This document shows positions 61,861 through 64,000 of a stretch of DNA of 64,000 bases, one piece after another. Every line of letters starts with the position of its first letter. Within the stretch, counting starts at the first letter, position 1. The stretch is from Octopus sinensis (taxonomy: Eukaryota): assembly GCF_006345805.1 (NCBI RefSeq), contig NC_042998.1, positions 205,964,001 to 206,028,000 on the forward strand, read 5' to 3'. The notes under the pieces were generated by a model. That model was not told the origin of the DNA, ran no database searches, and worked only from the letters and a program-made list of their open reading frames with translations. The position numbers were made by a program, and so were the translations under genes.

Positions 61861-64000
61861 TAGTTTTATTTTTATAGCGTGCTTTCACTTCACTACCGAG
61901 CGCAGCTCTGTGTGCCTTGGGTATGTGCTGTGATTTGTTGTGATGCTCTGATGGTTATTGTATGGAAAGTGTTCTGCGTAGGATGTGTGCAGTGCCTAGT
62001 AGTGCAATTTTCTGTATGTTATATGTGTTTGTAAGTCCTGGTGTTTTTGTTATGTATTTGTCTGAATATTTTTTTATCATGCCTAATGCACCTACTAAGA
62101 TAGGAATTGTTTCTGTTTTTAGATTCCACATTCTGGTTACCTCTATTTCCAGGTCTTTGTATTTTGAAAGTTTCTCCATCTCTTTTAGAGACACGTTGTC
62201 ATCTGCTGGTATTGATACATCAATTAGAAAACATTATTTTTCTTCATGATCTCTAACAACTATATCTGGTCTGTTGGCCTTAATTTCTCTATCTGTGTGT
62301 ATTGGCATTATGAATGCAAAACACCACGGAGGAATAGTAATCTTTAAATAGCGACGAGGATGGTTGCTTTCTCGTTTTCTGTGACCTTTTCTGGTGTGTG
62401 CCTATACCATCTTTTTTCTGTTGTTATTCCATAATGTTGGCATAGCTTCCAGTGTATGTAGGTTCCAACTCTGTCGTGTCTGTGAATATATTCCTTCTTA
62501 GCCAGGACTGGGCAGCCAGAGATAATATAATCTATTGTTTCTAGTCCATCTCCACATATTCTGCACTTACTTGTTATATTTCTTTTCATTACATGTTTTT
62601 GGTAATTTCTGGTGGGGAGGCTTTGGTCTTGCACTGCAATTAAAAATCCCTCTGTCTCTGCTTTGAGTCCTGAGCTTCTCAACCATTGCTGGGATTTTTC
62701 TTTGTCTATTTCTTTTGCATTTAGTTTAGTCCAGTATTTACCATGAAGGGGCTTTTCTTGCCATCACTTTACCATGGTTTTTTGCTGTTCTAGTTTTAGT
62801 TTGGATTTCATTTGTTTTATAGCTTTTGTTGTTTCTTCATCTTCTTCTTCATATTTGTTAGGTGGTATGATTTCTTGTTTGTATTTGTCAGCTTCCTTAA
62901 ATACTGAGAACAGTTTTTGTTTTGCTTGTGTTTTGCCGCTATTTGTATCAGTTTTCCTTACTTCTGAAGTAGATATTTTTGCAGTCCTATGGTGGTTATT
63001 TTATAGTAGTTTTCCAGCTGTATAAGGCCTCTACCACCTTCTATACGTTGTCAGATTTTGGGTGATGCATCCTAGATCCTGTCATTATTTTTCTTGTTTT
63101 CCTATCTATTTTGGTCAGCTCATTTAGTGTCCAGTTAAGGATATTGTAGCTGTAACTTATAACTGGGACAGCTAAAGTGTTGATACCTATTATCTTGTTT
63201 TTAGCCTTGAGCTCTGTTTTTAGTATTGATCTAGCTCGTCTATAATATTCTTTTTTTATTTTCTCTTTCATTTGTGTGTGTTGTGTCTTATCTAGTTCAT
63301 GGATTCCTAAGTATTTGTAAGTTTGGCTTTGGTCTAATTCTTTTATTTCATTGGTTTTATCTAGTGTGATGTTGCTACTCTTAACTAGTTTTCCTCTTTT
63401 CAGGGTTACTTTGGCACATTTTTCTAATCCAAATTTCATATCTATTTCTTTGCTAAATCCATGAAATGTCTTTAATAGTGTTTCCAGCTGTTTGTCATTT
63501 GCAGCGTATAGTTTTAGGTCATCCATATATAAAAGGTGGCTGATCGTTTTGCCGTAACATTTATATCCGCATCCAGTTCTATTTAGCATATCAGATAGAG
63601 GTGACAGTGCCAAGCAGAAAAGGAGTGGAGAGAGCATGTTTCCCTGGAATATTCCTCTTCTAATGGGGATGTCTTTGGTTTTCATGAGTCCCTCTTTTGT
63701 TTGGAGCTGTAGCGCTGTTTGCCATTTATTCATAGAGTGTCCTATGAATTTTATAATTGTTGGTACTACTTTGTTAATGGCTAGTGTTTCGAGGATCCAT
63801 GTGTGGAGGATGCTATCAAACGCCTTTTTGTAGTCGATCCAGGCCATACTGAGGCCTTTCTTCTTTCTGTGGCTGTCTTCAGTTATGGCTTTATTAATCA
63901 TTAGTTGATCTTTACAGCCATATGAGCCCTTGCGGCATCCTTTCTGCTCTGTTGGAAACAGGTTGTTTTCGTCCAGGTGCTTGTTCAACCCTTGCGATAT
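61858..64000 (-). mobile_element. R4/Dong-clade LINE (RT + CCHC + REL endonuclease), continues past the right edge, inactivated
   Basis: EQKGCRKGSYGCKDQL, WIDYKKAFDS, GIFQG..LSPLLF, LYMDDLKLY, YKYLG, CRICGDGLETIDYIISGC, RPDIVV, KLSKYKDL; 3'UTR then (TAA)n; several frameshifts and deletions. Confidence 0.95.

Overview
Eukaryotic, AT-rich, repeat-dense animal DNA. The SINE, RTE, Dong and microsatellite repertoire looks like a cephalopod genome, most likely Octopus; this is recognised from repeat families, not proven. The only host coding sequence I can support is a minus-strand ORF of at least 632 codons, from ATG 1896 to the left edge of the window. It is missing from the ORF track because it has no stop inside the window. 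It encodes a Pro/Ser/Asn-rich, probably disordered N-terminus with NLS-like and SIM-like motifs, and it follows a strong splice acceptor at 1958-1985. The remaining ~62 kb is therefore probably a very large upstream intron (or upstream region). It is filled with 5'-truncated RTE-clade LINEs (PHD-like finger, VNTR-bearing 3'UTR, (GAT)n tail), R4/Dong-clade LINEs next to (TAA)n, an unclassified ~550-bp (ATT)n-associated element, tRNA-derived SINEs, piggyBac-type MITEs, a DD37D mariner relic and one young GC-rich CR1 LINE with a 555-codon ORF. It also holds an 86-bp minisatellite, several long fold-back hairpins and a degenerate Penelope-type hammerhead ribozyme. I found no CRISPR array, rRNA or genuine tRNA. 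Most ORFs in the track are spurious or TE fragments. I cannot claim a clearly new biological system; the best leads are listed as findings. TE boundaries were placed by eye and are approximate.
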